A stretch of 64,000 nt of DNA from NCBI GenBank assembly GCA_012295275.1, contig CM022670.1:23126001-23190000 (forward strand), given 5' to 3'. The notes under the pieces were generated by a model. That model did not search any database. It was not told the DNA's origin and was given only the letters and a program-made list of their open reading frames with translations. Both the position numbers and the translations under genes were made by a program. Position 1 is the stretch's first letter, and the number at the start of each line of letters is the position of its first letter. Below are positions 51,454-64,000 of the stretch, one piece after another. The DNA is from Chrysomallon squamiferum (Eukaryota; Animalia; Mollusca).

Positions 51454-51907
51454 GTAATAAGTGAAAGGGAAAAACACTGTTCTTTATGTGTTCAGTTGGA
51501 GGATTTAATGATACAAAGTACTTAAATAATTTTTTAAATGGGGAAAAGAAAAATAATAATAAAAAATAAAGAAAAATAAATAAATAAAACAAAAAGTAAA
51601 ATAAAAAGTAAATAAAATAAATACACAATCAGAATAAAATGGTACAAAATGTATACTTTAAGTCTTTATATATTTTTACAACAGTAAGCTGTTTTGAAAA
51701 GCTTATCCAGTTAAAAATATAGCTTATGTCATAATCTAGAAAATTATTTCTAAAATGTTTATTATTCAGAATTATTGTGAATAATGAAAACAGTTTATTA
51801 TAACCTTATTTATATTTAATTATCCTTTGTTTTGACAACCCTGTTGTAAATTTTTAATTCAACTAATAATTTTTATTTTAGAGTTATAAATATGTTTACA
51901 CCTTCTT

Positions 51908-51942
<35 letters not shown>

Positions 51943-51954
51943 TTTTATTTTCAG

Positions 51955-52053
51955 AGGGATTATATCAATATGTAACAACAATGGTGTGCATTGTGGTTAA
52001 TGGAGAACCAACAATTGGAGTTATTCACAAACCTTTTTCAAATGGAGAAACAG
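51955..52053 (+). CDS. BPNT2: BPNT2 exon 3
   Basis: [27 protein letters not shown]; phase 1/1. Confidence 0.93.
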
Positions 52054-52528
52054 GTATTTGTATTTTTCTCTTTATAGTTAGTTACATGATATTTCCATCA
52101 TATGCTTTACAAATATTGTTGTACATTACTTTTAAATGTGGAGCAAGCAGAGCTGAACAAAAATCTCGTCTCTTTTTGTTTCAATATTTTGAGTAATTCA
52201 TTTTAGACAAATTGCCTGGGGTGTTGTCTTATCAATCAATAAAAGAGAGGCAGCAGCTGGTGTCCTCAGATATCATCATTTTATACAAAGGATACACTCT
52301 ATGAGAAATAACAACTGTTAATTATAAAATCAATTAACACTTAATATAATACTTATTCATATATATGTACACACACACAAACAAATGTATACATGAACAT
52401 GCATACATAGAAACAGAGAGACATGAATACAGACATACATATACACACTTTGATGACTGAAATTTTTTGATGTTTTTGGATTTATATATCCTAAATATAA
52501 TCTTATTTTCTTTACATTGTATTTCCAG

Positions 52529-52699
52529 TTTGGGCTTGGGTAGGCTATGGACATTCCGCAAACATTAATAAAGCATCTGAGAAACCAGAAGGGAGTGCAC
52601 CAAAGATAATAGTATCACGATCTCATCAAGGAATGGTGAAAACAGTGGTTGAGAAAGCACTTGGAAAAAATGTTGAAGTTGTACCTGCAGGGGGAGCAG
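52529..52699 (+). CDS. BPNT2: BPNT2 exon 4
   Basis: WAWVGYG...IIVSRSHQG...VVPAGGA. Confidence 0.93.
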
Positions 52700-53077
52700 G
52701 TGTGTTCACAATGTTTGTTATTAATTAATTAGAAATTTTTGAAATGTATAATATTAAACATTTTGAGATAGTTTTTCAGACATTAATTTATCACAATATT
52801 TGTTTTCAGATGTATTTTACATGCTTATAACAGTACAAAACAGAAAAAAGAATTGAATAAAAAGACTAAACCAAATTTGCTGTTCAAAATTACTATTTAC
52901 TTTTTTTAATTTTCAAATTATTTTGTAACAGTTATTTATCAGTTCGCATAACCAGCTGATTTTATTTTCTTAAACATTTATGTAAGAAAACTGCACATTA
53001 TTTCAAACATTTACTACTTCCTGCTTACTGTAGAATGTTTGTGAGATAATTATATATCCATTACTTCTTCATTTCAG

Positions 53078-53346
53078 GGTACAAAACACTAGAAGTACTT
53101 AGAGGGAAAGCAGACGCATACATTCATGTAACATTAATAAAGAAATGGGACATATGCTCAGGGAATGCTATTCTCAGTGCTCTTGATGGCAAAATGACAA
53201 CTTTGGAAGGAAATTATCTTAATTATTCTCCAAGACTTGATGTCAAAAATGATAAAGGCCTTTTGGCAACAATGTATGACCATCATATGTTCTTAGAACA
53301 TTTAGAACCAGCCACTGAAGACTTAAGAAACAAGAAGAAAAGCTGA
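53078..53346 (+). CDS. BPNT2: BPNT2 terminal exon
   Basis: GYKTLEVLRGKADAYIHVTLIKKWDICSGNAIL...KKKS*; the five exons give 342 aa. Confidence 0.94.
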
Positions 53347-54493
53347 ATTGTCTCAGTAATGTAATGTCATGTCTTCTTTTATCATTCATACATAGTCATC
53401 TTGCAACTCTTAACATTTTTAAACATACAGCAACTTTCAGATGAATTATGCAGTGTCATTATGAGGTTAATTTTTATTTATTTATTTATTTTAATTTTAA
53501 ATTTTTTTTCAGTATACAAAATAGAATCGAGGCAAAGACAAAATGTCAAGCTTACTTAAAAACTTGCTATATTGAAGTCATACTTTATTACTGCAAACAG
53601 AAACTAAGCAAGTATACAAAATTTATACAAACTGTTATGATTTCATATTATCTTGTACAGACAAATTAAAAAGCCAGGATCACTTACTATTTTGATGTGC
53701 AGTATTTAATTTTTCATTTTTTAATTTATTTTTTTGAATTACTATTTTTTTAATCAAAATAAAAAATACCTTTGTTTCATTTTTATTTCTATAAAATTGT
53801 TTATCCAGCAAAAAAAAAAAAAAAAAAAAAAAAAATAAATAGGTTTCAGTATCATTGTGTAAATCTATATTTGATTTAACTTTCTAATAACTTAATTCTT
53901 TAAAATTTTATCTACTTAAACTAAGAAGAAATCTGTTGATTAGAAGGATTTACATTCTTAGATATCAACAGATGTATTTACATTTATGTATTCATTATTT
54001 TTTTCCTTCAATCTTTCATATCTATATAATTTAACAAAAATAAAATGAATATAAAGAAACACACACACATGCATACGTTTTACCTTTTGTTAAATAGACT
54101 GATTTAGTTTATTTCATATCAAGAAACTACCACATAAACTGTTTTAGAAAATCTTTACAGTCAAATGATTGTTGTTGTCTAATTAAAAACATGATGTAGT
54201 AAGTATGTACTTGTAAAATAACTTGTTAAATTTATTTTTATTTTCTCTTTTTAAATATGGTAATGGATGTTTATTCATGGAGTTTCTGATGTTGTGATGA
54301 GGGCTAATGGCTAAAGGTTATCTTTATTGCTTTGTTTTAAAATATAATTATTTTTGCTCCTGTGTATGTGATAACATGAATATCTTGCGAAATCCTTACA
54401 AAAACTGAAGAAAGTTTATTTTAGAGTGACTAAGTCTGGAGTTTTGATTTGAACTTTTTAGTTTTGTACTCATCAACTGTTTGCCTTTATAAT

Positions 54494-54727
54494 CAGGGGC
54501 AGATCTGTTATTTAACTAATAAAGCTTAAGCTTCAGGGTCCCTAATCCAGGTGGTCAAGAAGTGAAATTAGTCCATATTGTTCAAAATTTTAATCCATAT
54601 TTAGAATTTATCTGTCTTGAAAGAAGCCCACTGAAAAATACAGTGTTTGCCCAAACTTTGTTGTTGCTTGTGAAGGGCCCCAAAACAGTTTAAGATTCAG
54701 GGCCCCACAAATGTAGGTCTGCAACTG
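54494..54727. mobile_element. Small hAT-like MITE
   Basis: Termini caggggcagatct / aggtctgcaactg (10/13 inverted match); flanks tttataat and tttatcac resemble a degenerate 8-bp TSD; internal repeat taag.ttcaggg.ccc. Confidence 0.55.
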
Positions 54728-56614
54728 TTTATCACAATCATGTGATTTTGCTTCTAATATTTAAACAATTTAGTTATAAAAAAATCAATTAACAAAATAT
54801 TAAACTGTTTGGTAGTTTTACTAAACGGTTCAATATTTTGTTAACAGATATTTTTACAAAATATTTGTATATATGTATTAAAAAACGAAATAACACTGTC
54901 ATTATATGTTGTATCTCAGAATGAGTGAATCAAAGAAAACAATATAAAACAGTCAGTACTTAATATTTGTAAAAACTTGGAAAATGTTATCAAGCAAACT
55001 TTTGTATCATACATTTCAAACACTTTAACATTTATTCCTAATAACTCATTACTGAACTAATTTGTTTTTAATCATTTCACTTGAATAATTTTAAAGAATA
55101 TACCAGTTTCAAACTAATAGAATAGAATGAAGATAATAGCAGTTGTTATGACTTCACTGAAGATGTCTTTTGGTGAGTGGGTTAATTGTGCTGTTTAAAA
55201 CTTTATTTTGTTATATTTGTAGGTCCAGGTTTTATATGTAAATCATGTATTTTTCAAAAATATGTTTATTAGCTTTTCTTTTCTTTTCTTCTTGTTTTTT
55301 TTTTCTTAATTACATGCAATTAATTTATTATTATTACTATTTGTTTACAAGCTCAGAATTGTAATAGTTATGAGGAAGAATCTTTTTTTTTTTTTTTTTG
55401 ATGCTTGGATTTGGTATGCAAGAAAGTGTCTTCCAAATGTTTGTTTTTTCTTGTATGAACAAATGTGTTGATGTGAATATTGTTTTGATTTCATTTGTTT
55501 CATACTCTTATTATCATTTTTAACAAAAGGCCAGTTGTTTCTAGTCTCATTTTATTATGCATAATTATCTACAGCAATTTATCTGTAGAAGGTGGAAGGA
55601 GAATAAAATTCAAATCATGAAGTTTAATATTCCATTTGATTTTACCTTAATGGAGACATTAAGATTTATAATTTGTGATCATGTTTAAAATTCTTTTATT
55701 CATGATTCCTTTTGTTCACAGACCAAGTTGAAGGTAAAAACTTTGAAAACAGTATCACTAATTATTAAAACTGAATTGAGCACTTTAAACCAGCTTGAAG
55801 AGGTATTTTTGGCAGCAGTGTAGTAATAATTTAAAAATATTCTCTTGGTCAACCATGTTCTATTGTTTCAAAATATTTTGAGTTACATGCAACCTGTTTG
55901 TGATAGAGCATAAAAACAAATTATTATTTTTAATTAAAACTCTTTTATTTGTACTGACACATGTACACTTTAAATTAATGATCAAATTTCTTTATTCTTC
56001 TAAGTTACTATTTTCTTTTGAAATGACTATCAATCCTTATTACAAAATATGACAAAGTGATATGGTGCTATTACAAAACATGTTAGCACTGCCATTTTAC
56101 CACTTCACAGCTGACATTACTGTTTACACAGCAGATTGGTCTGCTAAAGAAAAGCTTCTGTTATTATATTTAATTGTTTAATAAAACTGGATGGCAAAAA
56201 ATAAATAAACCATAACTCAGAACTAAGCAGTATTTATTTGGACTTTTTTCATATCACCAAAGATCCACTTTCAAACCTATTGTGTTATCTGAATAATCAT
56301 AAACTGTGAACAAATACCAATATAACTCTGTAATCTTATATATATATGTGTGTTGTATATTATGTGATATTTATCTTCACATGTGGTGAATAAAACATTA
56401 CTTGATAAAGTATTTATTTTAACTGGTTGTCATTTGATATATAATTTAATTATTATGTGTCACAAAAATGAATTACTCAATGTAGACAATCATAATTATT
56501 TATTTATGCAAATATTTCTTAATTACTTGATAAATATTCAGTTACAAAAAGATTCTTTTTGTTTTATTTACATATTTTATCAGATAGGATTGAATCTTTT
56601 AACTGGACCCATTT

Positions 56615-57853
56615 GTTTCATTTTACATGACAGGAACACCCAACAAATATAGGAATGTACATATAAAAACTGTTCATTATTTGGTCTGTTATGAACTCCC
56701 AAACATTTTCATTAGCAGTTTTTTTTCTTCTTGCAAATTAGTACTCTACTTCTAAACTTAGAAGGCTATATAAAGTCAGCACCTTTAAAACAAAGAGGGA
56801 AAATGAAGTTATAGCTGATAGTGTATGTGATTAGATGTACCAGACTTGTTGCAAATTTTCAAATCCGATTTGAGTTATTGGTATCTGTGGCACAAAAACA
56901 TTGATTTTGGAACATTATGTTGCAAATTAACTATCTGTGATAAAATCAGCTAGCCTATATTTTGTGCTTTGTGATTAATTATGCATGTAACCAAGTTCAC
57001 AAGCATTTAAAATCTCTAGAAAAAACAAAACTATACAGATTTATACTGTAACTTTATTACAATAAGCAAATGACAAAAAAAAGTGATGTTCCAATTGTTT
57101 TCAAATATATAACCAATGTTTATACAAACGTAATGCCATATTTTTACTTGTTAACAAAGAAATTAATAAAAAAAGGAAATTTCTGAAACAACAGAATGCT
57201 GAATATAGTTAAAATAACATCTATATTAACAAAAACAGTTATTAATGAAGTAAGGAGAAAAATAAACAATAAAGTGATACAATATACAAAAGAAAGATGC
57301 TATAAACAAAACCTAATAGTACAAAATATCTTAAATATTATTTTGAGTTCTCTTGGGTAAAGAAGTATCTAATAAAGCAACTAAATCCAAAAAAAACAAA
57401 AAAAACAAACATTATGCGTGGTACATTAAAAATTAGTTTTAGGTTATTTTTACAAAGATGTTATTCCAGTTTTGGTTAAGAAAATACTGTTTATATTCAT
57501 CTTAAACATCTGTAATCAGTGATATATGGGTTACTTTGTTTTTTGTTATCTATAAAGGAATACATCTACTTTTTAAGGCAAATTGGTATAACATCTAATA
57601 TAGGATGCAATATATATATACAAATGCTATAAAAGAGAAATGCCCTATCTACAGAAGGAATGCATGGCTGTTTTTTTTTTTACTCAGTCTTTGTAAATAT
57701 AGCCAAAATATACTGATACAAACCCTGAATGTGTTATGACCATCCAAATACATAACAGTGACTGCACAACAAACATGGGGATGTACATATAAAAATTGTT
57801 CATTATTTGGTCTGTTATTAACTGTTCTCAGCCTCTCCCCAACATTTTCATTA
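56615..57853. repeat. Two direct copies of an about 80-100 bp segment (near 56615 and 57781)
   Basis: atgtacatataaaaa.tgttcattatttggtctgttat...ctccc.aacattttcatta in both copies. Confidence 0.65.
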
Positions 57854-58081
57854 TAATTTTTTGCAGTCTTTTTTTTTAAATATATCTGTTTGTGCTAATA
57901 CAGCTAACAATTCTAATAATTAGAAATAAATAAATAAATAAATAAAAAAAAAAGTGAGAAACTGTTAATAAAAAATTAAGTAAAAAAAATAATAACAGAA
58001 TTCTATTTTAGTGAAAAATTAATGTTTGGCAAAAAGATTAATTCCATGCTAGCACTGACTTATCAAAATGTTTTACTGAAA

Positions 58082-58171
58082 TCACACTGGAGAAAAACTT
58101 ATCAAGTTTTCTTTAACATCAAAGAGAGAGACTTTGTCAACTTTGTCAGGAGTGAAGAGAAGACTTGGTCG
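58082..58171 (-). CDS. DLGAP5: DLGAP5/HURP-like terminal exon
   Basis: RPSLLFTPDKVDKVSLFDVKENLISFSPV*; resembles the NLITFSP end of HURP. Confidence 0.75.
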   Translation of the reverse strand, partial: RPSLLFTPDKVDKVSLFDVKENLISFSPV

Positions 58172-58502
58172 CTGAAAAATGAAATAAAACATTCTGTTTT
58201 AGAATACAGGACTATCAACAGCAACAAATTAAGTATTATTTATACACTGTTAATATGATTGATTTTTAATTTTATTTTATTTTTTTAAATAAATATTGCT
58301 GTTCAGGTAATAAGAAGTATTGGAAACACAAATGGTTAAAAATGCAGAGAAATTCATCGAATATAACACTCATTTTTCATCATGTCTAACAAAATTCTTT
58401 TTATATTTGGCCTTAGTAAAATAGAAATATATTCACAAATATGTTACTCCCTCTTTGTAGTTATAGACTTTATTTAGTAACATAACAGGAATTTCTACTA
58501 AC

Positions 58503-58600
58503 ACTCATCTTGCTTGGAACTGATGACTCAGAGCTGAAAGAGTCATTGGTCAGATCTGGAAAATCACACACATTATCTTTCTTCACTCGACACTTTGGAA
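58503..58600 (-). CDS. DLGAP5: DLGAP5-like exon
   Basis: ttttcag acceptor, gttagt donor, phase 1/0, open frame. Confidence 0.65.
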
Positions 58601-58957
58601 CTGAAAACCAAAATTGACAAGTTTAAATATGAAGTAAGACACTGCAAAAACTGGACAAGATATTTAAAATACGTTGCAAATTTATCGTTTTAAATAATTA
58701 TTTTAATAATAACTGGGGCATACACTTCAGAGCAATACACTTTTGTTGTAGTCAAAAGATTAACCCAATATGAATTTTGTTTCTCTGTTATTTTGATTAC
58801 TGCTTCTTGAACAAAATTCTAAAAACAACAACCAAAAACAAAAACAACAGTTAATATATGTACAGCGCTATCAAAATGTCCTAAGAATAAGTCTCAGAAT
58901 GAACCATGGAAGTAACCATCAAGAAACAAAGCAGTACACATGTAATAATATCTGTAC

Positions 58958-59107
58958 CTAGAGATCCACTGCTGTATGGTGTTCGAGGCAAAGTGTGACA
59001 AGGACTCTCCTGCAGTGGAGAAACATCACAGAATTTCACACTGCGATGACAGGAACGGCGTTTTCCTGATGAGGGTGGAATTTTCAACGAACTCCGCAGC
59101 AGTCTCC
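58958..59107 (-). CDS. DLGAP5: DLGAP5-like exon
   Basis: RLLRSSLKIPPSSGKRRSCHRSVKF...LPRTPY; phase 1/1. Confidence 0.75.
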
Positions 59108-59361
59108 CTGTTCAAAACAGAACAAGAAATCGAATAATTTGAGAATGCTTTCAGGATGTGTAATGTTATAAAAAAATAATAAAAGTGATTAGTGTATTTT
59201 ACATTTTGTAAATTCAATAAGAGAATCAAAAAGGAAAAAAGATAAAAATTAAAATTAAAATTAAAGATAAGTAAATTATAAATAAAAGTTTAAAAAATTT
59301 GCAAGAATAAAAATGTATGAAACTGCTAATTAAAACAATTACTAGTAACAGAAATATTTAC

Positions 59362-59489
59362 CAGTGTGTAAAGGAGAAACAGCATCAGATGGTTCCAGAT
59401 ATTTCTTAAATTCCAGACTGTTAATGTCAGGACCCAGTGATGCACTTTCTTCTTCATTCATGGAGCGATTTCTAAGTCGTAGACTGCGT
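59362..59489 (-). CDS. DLGAP5: DLGAP5-like exon
   Basis: RSLRLRNRSMNEEE...FKKYLEPS; phase 2/1. Confidence 0.75.
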
Positions 59490-59803
59490 CTAAAAATATA
59501 ACAATAGAAAACTGAATTTTTTTTATAAAACATTAACCAGCACTTACTATTTTAAATAAAATCTCCTAAAATAGTTAAATTATGTTTATAATACATCTAG
59601 ATTTTAATTTGGCTGTTCTTTACTAATCTCCAACTCTGGTTAACAATGTCAGAATAAAAAATACATTTTGAACTTTACTTTAGTTTTTATTTATTTCTGG
59701 AAATTTACTTACGACCTGATGATATCTCAGAATCAGATGCATTACAGAAAGAAGAAGAAAACAAAACTGCATAACCTTCATTATACTATTACAAAAATAT
59801 TAC

Positions 59804-60165
59804 CTTCTTGGTGTCATACACTTGGTTGGTGATAAAACAATACTGGAACTATTTGCTTCTGGTTCAGGAATATTTTCTTTACACTCAGCCTGTTCATCTA
59901 TGAGCTTTCTTGGAACAGCTATCTGTCCCAGTGCTATACTTTTCCGATGTGCATGCTTTGGTGTGATGTCTTTCAGCAGTGGACTAGGAACTGGTGGAGC
60001 ATAACTTCTGCGGTTGGGAGTTGCAGCTTAGCTGTAACACGTTTGACATAGAAGGTCGAGACACCTGTTCCTGTTTCTTAAAGCTGTCAGAGTTAGCTGA
60101 TGTTTTCAGTTCAGTGTCTTGCATTTTCACATCTGATTCACATTCATCTTTTGATTCAGGCACAA
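59804..60165 (-). CDS. DLGAP5: DLGAP5-like exon with an apparent +1 frameshift between 60027 and 59984
   Basis: Entry frame VPESKDECESD... stops at 59984; exit frame ATPNRRSYAPPVPSPLLKDITP is offset by +1. Confidence 0.65.
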
Positions 60166-60424
60166 CTAAGGAATAGTTTAAAAAAAAAAAAAAAAAATAA
60201 TAATAATAATAATATAAAATATATTTTGAAAAAATAATAACAAAGAAAATGAAGAAATAATTTTGAAGATGAAAAATGTGATTTAGAAATAATGAAAATG
60301 GAAAGCAACTAAGTAAGAAATGATCAACAAAATTAAAGGTACAAATTAACAAAGAAAATAAAGGCTGACTGGCGCTTTACGGTTTTGTAACTGCTATGAA
60401 GATAAAACAAACTGTATTTCAAAC

Positions 60425-60620
60425 CTGGTGTAAGAGAAGCTCGGCTTTTTATAGGACTGTGAACTTTAAAGAATCCTGCATCAAACACTTTGAATGTGTC
60501 ATCTGTTTCTCCACTGTTGCCACCTATGACACTCTGTATTTTCTTCTTCTTCATCTCAGCTCGGAAACCAGCGAATTTGGAAGCAACAGATTTTGCTGGT
60601 TTAGCAGCAACTGGTTTCTT
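60425..60620 (-). CDS. DLGAP5: DLGAP5-like exon
   Basis: Contains VFDAGFFKVHSP, matching the HURP motif FDAGFFRVESP. Confidence 0.88.
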
Positions 60621-61314
60621 CTGAAAATGATAATTGTTAAGTGTGTAATTTCTTGTTTCAAATCATGTAAAAAGACCCACTAAAACAGCCATGAGTGAAC
60701 TCTGGCCTACCAGGCTTTCTGAACAGCATGCCTAATATCATGAAGAATGTAACATTTTTTCAACAATAAATCTAAACATCCTAAATGTATGGGACATAGC
60801 AAATAGATTGTCTAAAAACAAAATAATACAGAAAATTATTCATGCTGAAACTTATGCAGTATACTTTTGTTCCAGACAACACTGATCGTTAGAAAACCAT
60901 TGTAGATGAAGACAGGTCACCTTTAGGATTCTGTTACCTTTAACAGTTTAATTTTATTCACTGCTTTAAGAATAGGCAAAAAAAGATTAGTTACTGGTTT
61001 TAGCTACTAAAGAAATATTATAACAATTTGTTTAATACATACACAATTAATATGTCAACCAAGCTGCCATAATTGACTTTTTGTTTTTAAAGAGCATGAC
61101 TAAAGAATATTACAACATTTATTCCCATTTTCATATGAACTGATTTATGAATATAAGAAACACAAATGTGTTAAATAGGTGAATCTTTTCACCAACTAAA
61201 TATTAAATTAAGAATTTGAAATAAAGATTTTTATTTCACTTTAAACATCAAAGAACAAGACAAAAATGTCAAATACTTGTTCTCATTTTTCTTATTTATA
61301 TAAACTGTAATGAC

Positions 61315-61410
61315 CTTAAGTATTTTCTTTTTTGGAACAACATTTTCTGTCACCCAGTTTTTATCTTTCTGCTTCTGCAGATCCTCAAATTTCTTGTCTA
61401 CATCTTTCAC
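61315..61410 (-). CDS. DLGAP5: DLGAP5-like exon, end of GKAP domain
   Basis: VKDVDKKFEDLQKQKDKNW; phase 0/0. Confidence 0.87.
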
Positions 61411-61544
61411 CTTCAAAAAGAAATAAATATAAAATACATGTTTAAAAAAATATAAAAATTTATGTATGTTGTATAGATATTTTCCTAATTATCATCACAC
61501 ACTAAAATTTAATGGCAAACAAGATGCAGTATTTTCAATTAGGC

Positions 61545-61597
<53 letters not shown>

Positions 61598-61632
61598 TAA
61601 AACTTCTTACACACAGAACTCCATAGCTATAC

Positions 61633-61793
61633 CTGATAATAAATCATGTCCCAAAATCCTTGTAGATCTGAGCAGGTCGTTTCTCTCTCACCACGTTTAA
61701 ACTCGCAGTCATCAACGAGACCACGAAACTGTTTGAATCTCTGATCTACCAATAACTGAGCCTGGCCTATCACTGTCCGAATCTGACCCTCAG
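61633..61793 (-). CDS. DLGAP5: DLGAP5-like exon, GKAP/GH1 domain core
   Basis: GQIRTVIGQAQLLVDQRFKQFRGLVDDCEFKRGERETTCSDLQGFWDMIYYQ. Confidence 0.93.
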
Positions 61794-62099
61794 CTGTAGA
61801 AGAAAAAAAAAAAAAAAAACATTCGTTAAGGAAATTAAAACTTTAATTTTCCAATTATTAACACCAATTTTGTTCCTGTTTAAAACATAAACCAGTTTGT
61901 TATTTAACAGTCACATCATATCATATTATTACAAACTAAATAATACTTTCAAATTATTATTATGGACTATCCAAACTGTAAATGTTATTTTTTGTTTTTC
62001 ATTTAAAAAAAAAAAAAAAAAAATTACAAAAAGGAATTAAAAAACATAAATAAATAAGGAAACAACAATGCTCAGGTTGGTGCAGAAAATGTAGCCTAC

Positions 62100-62246
62100 A
62101 TTCTTCAGTGATGGCAGAGTCAGAGTGGTCCATGGTTTCCCACTTCAAACAAGAATTCTGCAGACGAGCTGTTTCTGTTAACAACAGATCACGGAAATAT
62201 TTCACATCATGCTCTCCATTTGATTCTTCAGCTTCTTTTGAGATAT
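62100..62246 (-). CDS. DLGAP5: DLGAP5-like exon, start of GKAP domain (NAGNAG acceptor, alternative start 62249)
   Basis: HDVKYFRDLLLTETARLQNSCLKWE; acceptor aagcag. Confidence 0.88.
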
Positions 62247-62620
62247 CTGCTTTGTAAACAAATCAAACATATCATACTTTCAGTGATTTAAAAAAAAAGA
62301 AAAACAAACACAAATAGGACACAGCAGAAAAGAATAATAATAATAATGAAATAAAACAAAAAACCGTCAATTAATAGATGGTAATTACCAAGATGTTCAT
62401 TACAAATGTACTTCCAATATTTTGTTACATTCATAAATTATTATTATTAACAATAATAATACCTAACATTTTCAATCTGTCAGAAATTGCAGCAAGTTGA
62501 TATTAAGAAATAATGCAACCACACTTTAACAACTGTGCAATATGCAATTGTAATTTCATAGATGAAAACAATTATTAACAAGAAAAAGAAAATACAATCA
62601 ATTTAGTTTCACATAATTAC

Positions 62621-62788
62621 CCTGTGTATTAACATCTGTTGATGGGTCTACTGAGAATGTCTTGTCTGCAGAAACATGATTGTCAGTTATCACATTTACA
62701 CCAGTTTCACCATCTGGCTTTACAACATCTGGAATAACATCATCCAGGTCATCAAAATTGATTGGTTCTATTGTAATTTGGTGTTTTC
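62621..62788 (-). CDS. DLGAP5: DLGAP5-like exon
   Basis: Open phase 1/1 exon, PINFDDLDD. Confidence 0.75.
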
Positions 62789-62941
62789 CTGGTGAGAAAA
62801 AAAAAAAAAGAAGAGGAAAAGCGATGAAAATTAAATGAATTTCTAAATATTTTCTTATAAGACTGTGGCATTAATTTCATTCAAAATTTATTAAAAGCAA
62901 AGATAAAAATCACTATTATGAAGTTTTAGTCATAAATGTAC

Positions 62942-63012
62942 CTGGTGGTGTTTTCATTTTTGGGGTTCTTCTTGACATTTCAATCATAGGACTTGTTGCT
63001 AGTACTTCTATC
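62942..63012 (-). CDS. DLGAP5: DLGAP5-like exon
   Basis: IEVLATSPMIEMSRRTPKMKTPP; phase 2/1. Confidence 0.78.
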
Positions 63013-63553
63013 CTGGAAAATAAAATTTATCAAAATTATTTTTCATATTAACAAACAAATTTTTCAACACAAAAAAATCTTTTAATAAAAATATAATAAT
63101 TTAAAAAAACCACAAAATTAAATACAAAATTAAAATTTAAAAAAAAACGAAAAGAAGATGAGTAAGAAGAAAAACAGAATACAACAAGATTATTATTGCC
63201 AATTTACAATTTCTGATCTTATATATGAATAAAATCTTTAGATTCAATGTTCTAAATTTACTGTACATGTTTTCAATGGATTAATTATACACTGAATAAT
63301 ATATTTTATTCATGATTTTATTATGTTATGTAAATTTTAAACAGTTTCATCACTATGGAGATTTACAGAACCATGACACTAACATATACATACAGTGATA
63401 TACTATTTAAATACTACTATATGTTTCAAATCCTATTCAAGTTCACAAGATTTATCTTTAAAGATATTAAAAGAAGTTTATCTCCCTAAATACACGAATA
63501 AGAAATGGTAGACATATTACACAGAACACACTGAAAGAACTGTGATAGCTTAC

Positions 63554-64000
63554 CATTGATCAGGACTACGAAGTTCTGGTGGAATGTCGCAGGCGGTCGT
63601 CTTCCTTCTCTTTCGTGTGCCTTTTCTAGCAGACATTGGTTCTTCAGGCTCGCGGAACTGTTCCATGGAAGATGATGACTTTCTTCTGGCTCGTTTCACT
63701 GGTGTAAAGTTGAAGACAGAATCATCAGACTTCTGATCCATCTTACTTTCTCTGTCCAGCTTAGTTATAGCTTGGCTTTCCATTCTGCTCAACTCCAGTC
63801 ACAAGAGAGGAAGTCTCTGATTCAATGTCATTCTGTGAACTGACAGACACTGTAACCGTATCAGCAGTGTATTCTCTGCCAGTTTCTCCATTACTTTCTG
63901 GTGACTTGGTTTTTACAGATGTCTTCTCAGCTTCATCTATTTCAGACAATATTGAATTATTCACTATTTCAGATACTTGATTAATTGATTCTGCTTCGTT
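63554..64000 (-). CDS. DLGAP5: DLGAP5-like large exon, truncated by the window edge, with an apparent +1 frameshift between 63798 and 63761
   Basis: Overlapping ORFs 63761-63964 and 63550-63792 are in different frames; donor TG|gtaag fits the next exon in the second frame. Confidence 0.65.

Noticed and set aside
59984-63801. Programmed ribosomal frameshifting in the DLGAP5-like gene
   Set aside because: No recognisable slippery or shifty-stop motif shared by the two sites; indels are more parsimonious.

Overview
AT-rich animal genomic DNA with spliceosomal GT-AG introns and many microsatellites. The protein sequences suggest a lophotrochozoan, probably a mollusc; the species cannot be determined. 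Four genes are present: the last three coding exons of a Shab/Kv2 potassium channel (+, 8397-25153; the T1-domain exon lies upstream of the window), a complete UBE2W (-), a complete BPNT2/IMPAD1 (+) head-to-head with UBE2W (188 bp between ATGs), and the 3' part of a DLGAP5/HURP-like gene (-). Two small TIR elements and several tandem repeats also occur. The main finding is that the Kv2 introns carry several elements that are antiparallel complements of the gene's own coding exons, roughly 1-3 kb away. The clearest are 5761-5831 (a 54-bp near-perfect helix over the exon 3' splice site), 7747-8058 (collinear helices over pore/S6, with an A:C mismatch on the Ile codon homologous to the edited Kv1.1 I400V site) and 17249-17295 (over a C-terminal basic cluster); weaker ones lie at 22000-22299 and 2595-2725. 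They look like a set of ADAR editing-complementary sequences (ECSs). All pairings were aligned by eye; no folding or database search was run, and editing itself is inferred, not observed.
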